From an uncultured Verrucomicrobiota bacterium (GTDB lineage Bacteria; Verrucomicrobiota; Verrucomicrobiia; Limisphaerales; UBA1319): 64,000 bases of DNA. Below the pieces are notes generated by a model. It saw nothing but the letters and a program-made list of their open reading frames with translations, made no database searches and was not told the DNA's origin. Of the stretch, positions 54,452 to 62,974 are shown piece after piece; positions within the stretch are counted from its first letter, which is position 1; every line of letters begins with the position of its first letter. Location of the stretch: the NCBI GenBank assembly GCA_964458325.1, contig CAYWIM010000006.1, positions 9,370 to 73,369 on the forward strand, read 5' to 3'. Both the position numbers and the translations under genes were made by a program.

Positions 54452-55312
54452 ATGCAATTCCAAAACTCGACTGCGGATCTGTTCGTCCCGGACGACACGG
54501 CGCTGCCCCAGGCGCTCGAGCGCACGACTCACCTGGGGGTGGGCGCCCACCAGGATGACCTCGAATTCATGGCCTTTCACGGCATCGAGACCTGCTTCCA
54601 GCTCCCCGATCTCTGGTTCACGGGCGTCACTTGCACCAACGGCGCCGGCAGTTCGCGCGCCGGCATTTACTCCGATTACAGCGACGAACAGATGCGCGCG
54701 GTGCGCCGGATCGAGCAGCGCAAGGCCGCCACCATCGGCCAATATGCGGCCATGGCCCAGCTCGATTATTCGAGCTCCGCGGTGAAGGATCCGGCCAATC
54801 CCGACCTCAAGAACGACCTCCTGAAAATCCTTCACGCGGCCAAGCCCAAGGTGGTGTACACCCATAACCTGGCCGACAAGCACGATACCCACGTGGCGGT
54901 CGCCAGCGCCACGATCCGCGCGCTGCGCGAGCTGCCCGCCGCGATCCGCCCCCGCCAGGTGGTCGGCTGCGAGATCTGGCGCGACCTCGATTGGATGCCG
55001 GACGAGCGCAAGGTCGTGCTCGATGTCAGCCGCCGCGAAAACCTCGCCGCCGCGTTGTCGGGTGTCTACGATTCCCAGATCACCGGCGGCAAGCGCTACG
55101 ACCTGGCCGTCATGGGCCGGCGGCGCGGGCATGCCACGTTCTTCGAATCGCATGCCGTCGACCAGGCCCAATCCCTCACCTTCGCCATGGATCTCACCCC
55201 CCTGGTCCAGGATCCGTCCCGGGACGTCGTCGAGTACGTGCGCGAATTGATCCAGGCATTCCAGCAGGACGTCGTCAAAAAGCTCGAGGCCCGCATCGGC
55301 GCCCGGACCTGA
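54452..55312 (+). CDS. PIG-L/LmbE-family deacetylase
   Basis: GAHQDDLE, TNGAGS, R..EQ..AA, THN..DKHDTH. Confidence 0.88.
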   Translation: MQFQNSTADLFVPDDTALPQALERTTHLGVGAHQDDLEFMAFHGIETCFQLPDLWFTGVTCTNGAGSSRAGIYSDYSDEQMRAVRRIEQRKAATIGQYAAMAQLDYSSSAVKDPANPDLKNDLLKILHAAKPKVVYTHNLADKHDTHVAVASATIRALRELPAAIRPRQVVGCEIWRDLDWMPDERKVVLDVSRRENLAAALSGVYDSQITGGKRYDLAVMGRRRGHATFFESHAVDQAQSLTFAMDLTPLVQDPSRDVVEYVRELIQAFQQDVVKKLEARIGART

Positions 55313-55321
55313 TCCCTCGGT

Positions 55322-56725
55322 TCAGGCCGATCCCGGCGCCTGCGGCTCGAGCCGGTCGAACTCCCACACCAGGCATCGCGTGGTCCGCGCCGTGATCCGC
55401 GCATCCTCGGCGATGCGCTGGTTCTCGATCCAGACAATGCGGCCGGCGGCGTTGAGCGCGACCACCCGAAGCCGCCGCTCCCGCGGGGGGACCTTCTGGC
55501 TCGAGAACCAGTCCTTGAGCTTGACGGTTTGCTTCCAGTGGATGGGCTGGAATCGGTCGCCGGGCTGCCAGTGGCGCAGGGTCAGACGGGGGCCGATCTC
55601 CGCCGCGTCGAACCGCTCGACCCCGGCCGTTCCCCGGCAGATCGCGCGCCCGCCTCGCCGCCACGATTCGAGCCGCCAGCGGATCCTCAACCCGCTATAA
55701 ACCAGCCCTCCGGTCCGCCCCTCGAGCCGCACGATGCAGCCCCGGTCCCGCGGCGCCGCCGGCCTGGGCGGGACCGGCGCCTTCTCGATCCTGTCCTGCT
55801 CGTTCCGGCGGACGGTGAATCCGGGCCGGATGGTGACCGGCCGGTTCTTCTCGAGCCGCAGCGATTCGATCCATTGAAAATCGGGCTCGATCCCGAGGCC
55901 CGCCAACTGGCGGCGGATCGCCTGGCGCTGGATGGCCGGATGCAATCGATCGAATCGAGTCCGTCGCCGGCCCGCCAGCCAGCGCTCGGCCAAGTGCTCG
56001 ACCAGATCGCTCTCCGATCCGATGATCTCGGCGGCGCGCCATAGCACGCGCGCCGCAGCCGGCTGGTATTCCCGCTCGAGCAGCGGCAGCAGCTTGTGCC
56101 GGATCCGGTTCCGCAACAGGTCCGTGTCCCGGTTGGTCGCGTCCTGGCGAAAGGCAAGCCCTTGAGCGCGGGCGTACCGGACCAGATCGCTGCGGGCTTG
56201 GTCCAGCAGCGGCCGCACCAGGATGGCCCGCGGATCGGCGGGCGAAGGGCCCTTCCATCTCATCGATCCGAGGCCTTGCCCGCCGCTGCCGCGGAGCAAT
56301 CGAAGCACGAACAGCTCGGCCTGGTCGCCAGCGTGATGCGCCAGCGCCACCACCCGCGCCCCGCGCTCGATGGCCGCCCGCGCCAGAAACGCGTGCCGCA
56401 ACGTCCGCGCCCCCATCTCGATCGACACCTTGCGCGCCTGCGCATGGGCCCGCACGTCCTGCGCGTCCGTGACAAACTCGAGCCCGAGACGCCGCGCGGC
56501 GCCTTCGACGAACCGCTGGTCGGCGTCGCTGGCCCTGCCGCGGAGCCGGTGGTTGAAGTGGGCCACGATCAGCCGCCCGCCGTCCCGCTTCCGAAGCCGG
56601 AACAGCACATCGAGCATGACCATCGAGTCGATCCCGCCCGACACCGCCGCAACCACTGCCTCGCCCGGGCCGATCAGACCGTGCCTCTCAATCTGGCGCG
56701 CGACCTGTTCGACGAACACCCTCAT
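55322..56725 (-). CDS. tilS: tRNA(Ile)-lysidine synthase
   Basis: AVSGGIDS, AHFNHRLRG, AHHAGDQAE, VRPLL, DATN, RNRIR; start trimmed to ATG 56725. Confidence 0.95.
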   Translation of the reverse strand: MRVFVEQVARQIERHGLIGPGEAVVAAVSGGIDSMVMLDVLFRLRKRDGGRLIVAHFNHRLRGRASDADQRFVEGAARRLGLEFVTDAQDVRAHAQARKVSIEMGARTLRHAFLARAAIERGARVVALAHHAGDQAELFVLRLLRGSGGQGLGSMRWKGPSPADPRAILVRPLLDQARSDLVRYARAQGLAFRQDATNRDTDLLRNRIRHKLLPLLEREYQPAAARVLWRAAEIIGSESDLVEHLAERWLAGRRRTRFDRLHPAIQRQAIRRQLAGLGIEPDFQWIESLRLEKNRPVTIRPGFTVRRNEQDRIEKAPVPPRPAAPRDRGCIVRLEGRTGGLVYSGLRIRWRLESWRRGGRAICRGTAGVERFDAAEIGPRLTLRHWQPGDRFQPIHWKQTVKLKDWFSSQKVPPRERRLRVVALNAAGRIVWIENQRIAEDARITARTTRCLVWEFDRLEPQAPGSA

Positions 56726-56766
56726 CGCCAGCCTTGGATCATGCCCCTCCTTCGGCCTCCTCGAAA

Positions 56767-58050
56767 TCAGATCAGGATTTGCTTCTTCTCGAAATCGAAC
56801 CGCGCGACCTTCTCCTCGAGAAAGCTGAGCATCGCCATGTTCAGCGCGGTCTGGACGTGCAGGCCGAACTCGACATCGCTCACGGGCCGCTGGCGCGACC
56901 GGACGCACTGGATGAAATTGCGCCAGTGCGCAGGCGTCGCATCCATCTTTTGCGAAGGGATCACCCGGCGCTCGCCCTTGAACGGAACGATGGTGAGGCT
57001 GTCGAACCCGACGTTCCATTCCCCCGGGTTTTGGAACGTGAGGGTGCCCTCGTCCCCGTGGATCGCGGGCTCAGTCACGTAGTTGTTGGCCAGGGTGCAG
57101 ACGATCACGATCGACAGTTTCTCCGGGTAATCCAGGCACATGTTGAACGTGTCGGGCACCTCGCGGTCGTAGGTGGTGTATTTGAAAATGCCGCCCGAAG
57201 CCGCGGCGCGCGCCGGGAACTTCACCCCGAGCGAGCTGACAAACGGCGTGAAGGTGTGGGGGAACAGATCCGTGCAGGGGCCGCCTGCGTAATCGAGATA
57301 CTTGCGCCAGCTGAAGAAGCGGTCCACCGTGAACGGCACCTTCGGCGCGTCACCCAGAAACGCTTCCCAGTCGAGGTCGGGACCCGGCTTGGCCTCCGGA
57401 TCGATGATCGGCATCCGCTCGCCCCAGTCGCCGTTTCGGAAAAAGCCGACGTTGACCAGTTGCACGCGTCCGATGACGCCCTGGCCGATCAGCTCCTTGA
57501 CCTGCTGCCAGGCGGGGCTCGAGTTGCCCTGGTTCCCGATCTGCACCACCCGTTTGCGCTCGATCGTCTCGGCGCAAAACTGCTTCGCGAGATCGAACTG
57601 CGACCAGTGGCCCATCGGTTTCTCGCAATAAATGTCCTTGCCGGCGCGCAGCGCGTCGATGGCCTGGCTCAGGTGCAGCCGGTCCGGTGTCGCGATGCAG
57701 ACCACGTCCACGTCCGGGTCCGCCAGGAGCTCATGGTGTTTGCGGTATGGCTTGACCCCGGCCGGTTTTGCGGCCTCATCGAGCCGGTGCCGGAACGCGT
57801 CGTTGACTGCCGCGATGCGCAGGTTCTCGCCGGCCTGGATCAGCCGCTGGACCGTCGCCACGTGGCTCCTGCCCCGGCCGCCCACGCCGATGAATCCCAC
57901 CCCGATCCGGTCGTTGGCGCCAATGACCCGGGCGCGGGACACAAAAGGAAATGCAGACGCTGCTGCGGCTAGCGCGGCCGTCCGCGTCGTGCTCTGGATG
58001 AATCGGCGCCGGGTGATCGGTTCCTGCGGGCTCTTCGTGTTCATAGGCAT
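56767..58050 (-). CDS. Tat-exported Gfo/Idh/MocA oxidoreductase
   Basis: TRRRFIQ, GFIGVGGRG, IATPDRLH, CEKP, DWEAFLG. Confidence 0.92.
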   Translation of the reverse strand: MPMNTKSPQEPITRRRFIQSTTRTAALAAAASAFPFVSRARVIGANDRIGVGFIGVGGRGRSHVATVQRLIQAGENLRIAAVNDAFRHRLDEAAKPAGVKPYRKHHELLADPDVDVVCIATPDRLHLSQAIDALRAGKDIYCEKPMGHWSQFDLAKQFCAETIERKRVVQIGNQGNSSPAWQQVKELIGQGVIGRVQLVNVGFFRNGDWGERMPIIDPEAKPGPDLDWEAFLGDAPKVPFTVDRFFSWRKYLDYAGGPCTDLFPHTFTPFVSSLGVKFPARAAASGGIFKYTTYDREVPDTFNMCLDYPEKLSIVIVCTLANNYVTEPAIHGDEGTLTFQNPGEWNVGFDSLTIVPFKGERRVIPSQKMDATPAHWRNFIQCVRSRQRPVSDVEFGLHVQTALNMAMLSFLEEKVARFDFEKKQILI

Positions 58051-58158
58051 TGGGATCACCTTCGAACTGGACGCCAAAAGGTGCAAGCCCAAAGCGCCTT
58101 TCCGCTTTTCTTCCCCGCCCGTCCTGCTACGCTGCCCGAAAACAAAACAAGATCCATT

Positions 58159-59199
58159 ATGGCAACGAAACCTGATTATCGATTCTCGTTCGGTCCTTGG
58201 AACATCAGCGAGGGCGCCGATCCTTACGGGCCTCCCACACGGCCGCCCCAGGCGTTCGACTGGAAGCTCGGCAAGCTCAAGGAGCTGGGATTCGACGCCA
58301 TGATGTTTCACGACGACGATGCCGTGCCCGATATCGACGCCAAGTCCCCCGAGCAGGTCCGCAAGGAGGCCAAGGAGCTCAGGAAAAAGCTCGATGACGC
58401 CGGCCTCTTCGCCGAGATCGTCGCGCCCCGCCTCTGGTTCAGCCCCATGACCATCGACGGCGCCTACACCAGCAACGATCCCAAAGCCCGCCGCTACGCC
58501 ATCGACCGCTCCCTGCAGTGCGTCGATATCGCCCGGATCCTCAAGTGCGATCTGATCGTCCTCTGGCTGGCGCGCGAGGGGACCTACCTGCGCGAGTCCA
58601 AAAACTGCCGCCGCAGCCTCGAATACATGGTCAAAGCCATCGACCAGATGCTCGATCACGATCCCAAGATCCGGATCGCAGTCGAGCCCAAGCCGAACGA
58701 GCCGATGGATCACGCCTACCTGCCCACGATCGGCCACGCCCTTGCCGTCGCCCCGCTCACTCGAGATCCCAAACGCGTCGGGTGCCTCGTCGAAACCGCC
58801 CACGCCATCCTCGCCGGGCTCGATCCGGCCGACGAGATGGAGTTTGCAATGGCGATGGGCAAGCTCTGGTCGGTCCACCTCAACGACCAGAACGGCCTCA
58901 AGTTCGATCAGGACAAGCCGTTCGGCAGCAACAATCTCCGCCAGGCGTTCAACCAGGTGCGCGTTCTCGAACGCAATCGCTACGGCAGCCGGGGCGAGTG
59001 CGTCGCCTTCGACGTCCACTCCTTCCGCTCGACCAAGATCGAGCATGCCGTCGATCACCTGGCCAACAGCCGATCGACCTTCCTGCGCCTGGTCGATAAG
59101 GTCCGGTCATTCGACGATGCCGCGGCGCAAAAGCTCATCGCGGATCGGAATTACCAGGCGCTCGATCAAATGGTCATCGAGCATCTGCTTGGAAAGTGA
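58159..59199 (+). CDS. xylA: Xylose isomerase-family TIM-barrel protein
   Basis: FSFGPW, FHDDD, WLAREG, EPKPNEP, ETAH, HLNDQ, DQD metal-ligand motifs. Confidence 0.83.
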   Translation: MATKPDYRFSFGPWNISEGADPYGPPTRPPQAFDWKLGKLKELGFDAMMFHDDDAVPDIDAKSPEQVRKEAKELRKKLDDAGLFAEIVAPRLWFSPMTIDGAYTSNDPKARRYAIDRSLQCVDIARILKCDLIVLWLAREGTYLRESKNCRRSLEYMVKAIDQMLDHDPKIRIAVEPKPNEPMDHAYLPTIGHALAVAPLTRDPKRVGCLVETAHAILAGLDPADEMEFAMAMGKLWSVHLNDQNGLKFDQDKPFGSNNLRQAFNQVRVLERNRYGSRGECVAFDVHSFRSTKIEHAVDHLANSRSTFLRLVDKVRSFDDAAAQKLIADRNYQALDQMVIEHLLGK

Positions 59200-59206
59200 T
59201 CTGGGC

Positions 59207-60589
59207 ATGAATCCGATCGATCGCCGCCAGTTCCTCCACGCGGCATCTCTGGCTGCCGGCGGACTTGTCACGGCCGCTTCTCGATGGCCGATCCTGGCCC
59301 AGTCCGCCGGCGACCGCCCCCCCCGATCCCCCGAAACGGCCGTTTTGAACCCTCGAGGCCGGGTGCCCGTCAGCCTCATCATCGACGATTCCACCTGCCT
59401 GGTGAACATGGCCCACTTCGCCATACCCCAGTTCGCCGAGGTGTTCCCTGACCGCTACCGGCAGGACTGGCGCCGCATGCCCCGCGAGATCCCCGACGCC
59501 TTCGTCCGCCGCTTCGGCGAGTGGAGCCGGACCCAGGGCGTGAAGGGGAAATACAGCATGGTTCCGTATCCATCGTGCGTGGGATGGCTGGACCGGGACC
59601 TGCCGGGCTGGTCGCGGCGCGAGCTGATCCAGAGCCTCGAGCTGGTCCGCACGCTCCTCTCCTCGCATTGGGATTTCCACCCCGAGATGGTCAGCCATAC
59701 CTGGGTCATCAACACCCGCACCGGCCGGCCTCACGAGGAGCGCACGGATCGGTTCATGGAAAACTGGCGGTGGACGGACGGCAAAAGCGCGGATGAGCTG
59801 GCCGATTACCTGGCCTATGCGCTCCGCATCCTCGAACGGGCGGGCATCCCTTGCGAGGGCATCACCACCCCCGGCGGGTTCGGCAACCGCGTGCTGCCCG
59901 AGCTGGCCCAGGCCACGCTCGAATCCTGCCGCGCCGTGTTCCGGGCCGAAATCCCCCATTACTTCCGCCACGTCTTCACCGATAACCAGAGCGTGGCGCC
60001 CCGTGTCGAATACGCATCCAGCCTCGACAGCAGCGACCCGCGCTGCGTCGTCTCGATCATCGGTTGCACCGGCGATTGGTTCGGTGGCTGGGACGGGCTC
60101 GAGATCGGCTCCGCCGACCAGTTCCTGAGCTCCGACGCCCAGCGCGGCCGCATGGCCGATGTCATCCGCCGGGGCGAGCCCGCCATCATGGTGTGCCACT
60201 GGCCCGGCCTTTACTGCCATGGGGCCGAGACCGGGTTCCACATCCTCCAGGAAGTCGTCCGGCGAATCGAGCCGCTTTCCAGCGGCGTCCTCTGGATGAA
60301 GCTCAGCGAGATCGCACGCTACTGGGCCGCCCGCGAGCTCACTCGGATCCAATGGCAAGGCCGCCAGCTCCAGCTCCGCGCGCCATTCGCCTGTCCCGGC
60401 TTCACGGTTCGCGTGAATGCCGCCTCGAAAGCCCCTCCCGCGATCCAGGCCGGCGGTGCACCCTCGCCCATGCGTCACGTCCAACGACTCAGCGACCTCG
60501 CGCCAGGGACTTGGCTCGCCGAAGGAGACGCCACAGTCCTTTGTTTCGACCTGCCCAAAGGGCCCTCCGCCGTCGTTTTCCCGGCCTGA
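59207..60589 (+). CDS. Tat-exported hypothetical protein (deacetylase/NodB-like fold suspected)
   Basis: DRRQFL, IIDDS, HPEMVSH, CHW motifs; start trimmed to ATG 59207. Confidence 0.68.
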   Translation: MNPIDRRQFLHAASLAAGGLVTAASRWPILAQSAGDRPPRSPETAVLNPRGRVPVSLIIDDSTCLVNMAHFAIPQFAEVFPDRYRQDWRRMPREIPDAFVRRFGEWSRTQGVKGKYSMVPYPSCVGWLDRDLPGWSRRELIQSLELVRTLLSSHWDFHPEMVSHTWVINTRTGRPHEERTDRFMENWRWTDGKSADELADYLAYALRILERAGIPCEGITTPGGFGNRVLPELAQATLESCRAVFRAEIPHYFRHVFTDNQSVAPRVEYASSLDSSDPRCVVSIIGCTGDWFGGWDGLEIGSADQFLSSDAQRGRMADVIRRGEPAIMVCHWPGLYCHGAETGFHILQEVVRRIEPLSSGVLWMKLSEIARYWAARELTRIQWQGRQLQLRAPFACPGFTVRVNAASKAPPAIQAGGAPSPMRHVQRLSDLAPGTWLAEGDATVLCFDLPKGPSAVVFPA

Positions 60590-60601
60590 TTCGTCCCCCT
60601 C

Positions 60602-60651
60602 GAAAAGGTAGGGCGGCCACTCCGTGGACGCCGCCTTGATGGCTGCAAGCT
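60602..60651 (+). repeat. GTAG-type REP copy
   Basis: About 50 bp nearly identical to 50293-50342 (GGTAGGGCGGCCACTCCGTGGACGCCGC..GGCTGCAAGCT). Confidence 0.7.
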
Positions 60652-60784
60652 GACAAGCCGGCACTGACGCGTCCGCTTGTCAGCCGACATTTGCACCCCT
60701 TTGATGGCGTAGCCGCAGCTTTCGAGCTCCGATTGTATCTCACCACGAAGCGCTCGAAGGGCGCGAAGAGGAATCCAGTTGCAC

Positions 60785-60819
60785 GCTGCTGCGGACGAGG
60801 ACGTCCGCGGTCCGTAAGG
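60785..60819 (-). repeat. Dispersed palindromic repeat, family 2
   Basis: Reverse complement matches 49509-49543 at 33/35. Confidence 0.62.
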
Positions 60820-60951
60820 GTTCGGAGCGCGAGCCTCCTGGCCCGCAGCGCTGTCAGCTGACGGGCTTCAAGCTCCCGGCTCGGCCCGCCGCACAGCGCG
60901 CGCATGGCATATATCAAATATTTAGACGATTCCTTTGCGTTAAATTGCGTT

Positions 60952-62124
60952 CTACAGGAACACGATGCAGACGGGCGATCCCACTTCGAGCGTTTGCCCG
61001 GTGGGCGTCAGCCGGCCGGTCGCCAGATCGACGCGGAACACGGTCACATTGTGAGTCTGCTGGTTCGCCGCCAGCAGGAACCGGCCCGCGGGATCGAGAT
61101 TGAAGCTCCGCGGAGTTTTCCCCTGGGTCGGCTGATGTTCGAGATAGGTCAGCCGGCCGGTCTTGCTGTCGATCGCATACGCCACAATGCTGTCGTGGCC
61201 GCGGTTGGATCCGTAGAGAAACCGCCCGGACGGATGCACGAAAATCTCCGCTGTCGAGTTCTCGCCCGAGAAATCCGGCGGCAGCGTGGTGATCGACTGG
61301 ATCTCGATCATCCGCCCGGCGCGCGCCTGATGCCGAAAGGCGGTCACCGTCGAATCCAGCTCGTTGATGACATACGCGAATCGGCCGTCGGGACGGAACG
61401 CCATGTGCCGGGGGCCGGCGCCGAGCTTGACCGCCGCCGCCGGCGGATCATGGGGGCGCAGCGCTCCGCGCTCGAGGTCCAGATCGTATGCGAGCACCTT
61501 GTCCAGCCCCAGGTCGGGGACCCACGCTCGCCGGCCCGTGGCATCGAGGTAGACGCCATGGGCGTGCGGCCCCGTCTGCCGCCGCGGATCGACGCTCGAT
61601 CCTTCATGCTGGACGAAGGCGGTGGCTTTGCCCAGGCGGCCGTCCGTTCCCACAGGCAGCATTGCGGTGCTGCCGCCGCTGTAATTGGCCACCAGCACCC
61701 AGCGGCCGGTCGGATCCACGACCAGGTGGCACGGCCCGGCGCCCCCCGACGATTCCTGGTTCAGCAGGATCAACCCGCCCGTGCCGCGGTCGATCTCGAA
61801 CGCGCTCACGCCGCCCTCGCCCCGTTTGCCCGCCGCGCCACCCATCTCGGTCACCGCATAGAGAAAACGCCCGTTCGGGTGCACCGCCAGGAAGCTCGGA
61901 TTCACCGCCGCCGCCGCCAATTCCGGCGCCGTCAGTTTGCCTGAATCGGATTGCATCCGCGAGACATAGATGCCCTGGCTTTGCCGGCCGGTGTAGGTGC
62001 CAAAATAAACCAGGGATTCCTCAGGCGCTCCGGGTCCGGTCCGCGCTTCGGCGCCATCAGAAGCGGCCCACCCGCCCGCGCTCAGGCACAGCGGAATCAT
62101 CGTGATCCAGGAAAAGGTTTTCAT
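60952..62124 (-). CDS. pgl: 6-phosphogluconolactonase-family (lactonase beta-propeller) protein
   Basis: VYFGTYT, NPSFLA, GPCHL, VANYSGG, PHAH, GAGPRH, YGSNRGHDSI, TPRSF, ANQ. Confidence 0.9.
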   Translation of the reverse strand: MKTFSWITMIPLCLSAGGWAASDGAEARTGPGAPEESLVYFGTYTGRQSQGIYVSRMQSDSGKLTAPELAAAAVNPSFLAVHPNGRFLYAVTEMGGAAGKRGEGGVSAFEIDRGTGGLILLNQESSGGAGPCHLVVDPTGRWVLVANYSGGSTAMLPVGTDGRLGKATAFVQHEGSSVDPRRQTGPHAHGVYLDATGRRAWVPDLGLDKVLAYDLDLERGALRPHDPPAAAVKLGAGPRHMAFRPDGRFAYVINELDSTVTAFRHQARAGRMIEIQSITTLPPDFSGENSTAEIFVHPSGRFLYGSNRGHDSIVAYAIDSKTGRLTYLEHQPTQGKTPRSFNLDPAGRFLLAANQQTHNVTVFRVDLATGRLTPTGQTLEVGSPVCIVFL

Positions 62125-62206
62125 GGCCCTATCCAAGCCTCAAGCCTCGCCTTGCGCAAGCCGCCAGTTGGGGTGCGCCGTGGTGGATCCCGCCGTGCCG
62201 TTTGGC

Positions 62207-62235
62207 TTGGCAAACACGATTCGCTGGGCCACAAT
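62207..62235 (+). promoter_or_regulatory. Possible sigma70 promoter (leaderless transcript)
   Basis: TTGGCA-N17-CACAAT ending 7 nt before ATG 62243. Confidence 0.4.
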
Positions 62236-62242
62236 GATAGAT

Positions 62243-62497
62243 ATGAAAAGCACGGCGCCCTCGAGGGCGAATACAGTCGGGGCGTCGCGGGAAGCCGGCC
62301 CAGTTTCGCAGGAGTGGCTGGAGGAATTCGAAGCGGCCGCTCGCCGTCCTCTGGCCACGCGGTTCCGTTATGCATTCATCCGCACCTATAAGCCGGTCCT
62401 GGACGACGCACCATACCGGGCCTTTGACACCATCACGGATTACCGGCGCTGGTGTGAAGAACACCTGCCCGAGTGGCTGGGCTATGGCCGCATTTGA
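62243..62497 (+). CDS. Small hypothetical protein (candidate antitoxin)
   Basis: 84 aa, EWLEEFEAAARRPL..YKPVLDDAPYRAF..YRRWCEEHLP.WLGY; overlaps next gene by 14 nt. Confidence 0.62.
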   Translation: MKSTAPSRANTVGASREAGPVSQEWLEEFEAAARRPLATRFRYAFIRTYKPVLDDAPYRAFDTITDYRRWCEEHLPEWLGYGRI

Positions 62498-62960
62498 GTA
62501 CCGTCAAGCCCAGGAAATCCGAGATGTCTTCGCCCGGATGGGTGTCCGTTATCTCTTCATCGGCAAGTCCGGCGCGATTCTTCTCGGTTTTCCGGACACG
62601 ACTCAGGATGCCGACCTGTTCGTCGAGAAATCACCCTCCAATTGCCGGGCATTGACGAAGGCGGTGGTCGAGTTGGGATTCGGCCTGACACCTTCACAGG
62701 CCGCTGAGATCGAACGAGGCAAGGACTTCGTCCAACTCAAGAATGGCCCCTTCGACTTGGATTTGGTCTTTGCTCCGGACGGCATCGAGCGGTTTGCAGA
62801 TGCCTGGGAGCGACGGGTGGAAGTCGAGGGATTTCCTGTCTGTCACATCGATGACATCATCGCCAGCAAGGCCGCAACCAACCGTGTCAAAGATCGGGAA
62901 TCCTTGCCCCGCCTTTGCTCTTTCCGCGAGTATTGGATCCAGAGGCAAGGCAAGCCGTAA
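62484..62960 (+). CDS. Pol-beta-superfamily nucleotidyltransferase (DUF6036/AbiEii-like)
   Basis: IGKSGAILLG..TTQDADL, DLDL, IIASKAATNRVKD. Confidence 0.78.
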   Translation: MAAFEYRQAQEIRDVFARMGVRYLFIGKSGAILLGFPDTTQDADLFVEKSPSNCRALTKAVVELGFGLTPSQAAEIERGKDFVQLKNGPFDLDLVFAPDGIERFADAWERRVEVEGFPVCHIDDIIASKAATNRVKDRESLPRLCSFREYWIQRQGKP

Positions 62961-62974
62961 TGCAATCCGCTCTT

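Noticed and set aside
13192-60589. Extended ORF starts from the track (13192-15837, 23040-24806, 50245-52152, 55322-57019, 56767-59058, 58742-60589)
   Set aside because: Extensions overlap neighbouring genes or repeats and are low-complexity; internal ATGs give proper signal peptides or domain starts
44921-60819. Repeated palindromes as a CRISPR array
   Set aside because: Copies are dispersed kilobases apart with no regular spacers and no cas genes; they fit REP elements
60489-60917. 142-aa minus-strand ORF in the spacer before the lactonase 3' end
   Set aside because: Built from repeat elements, has no motif and overlaps the upstream gene
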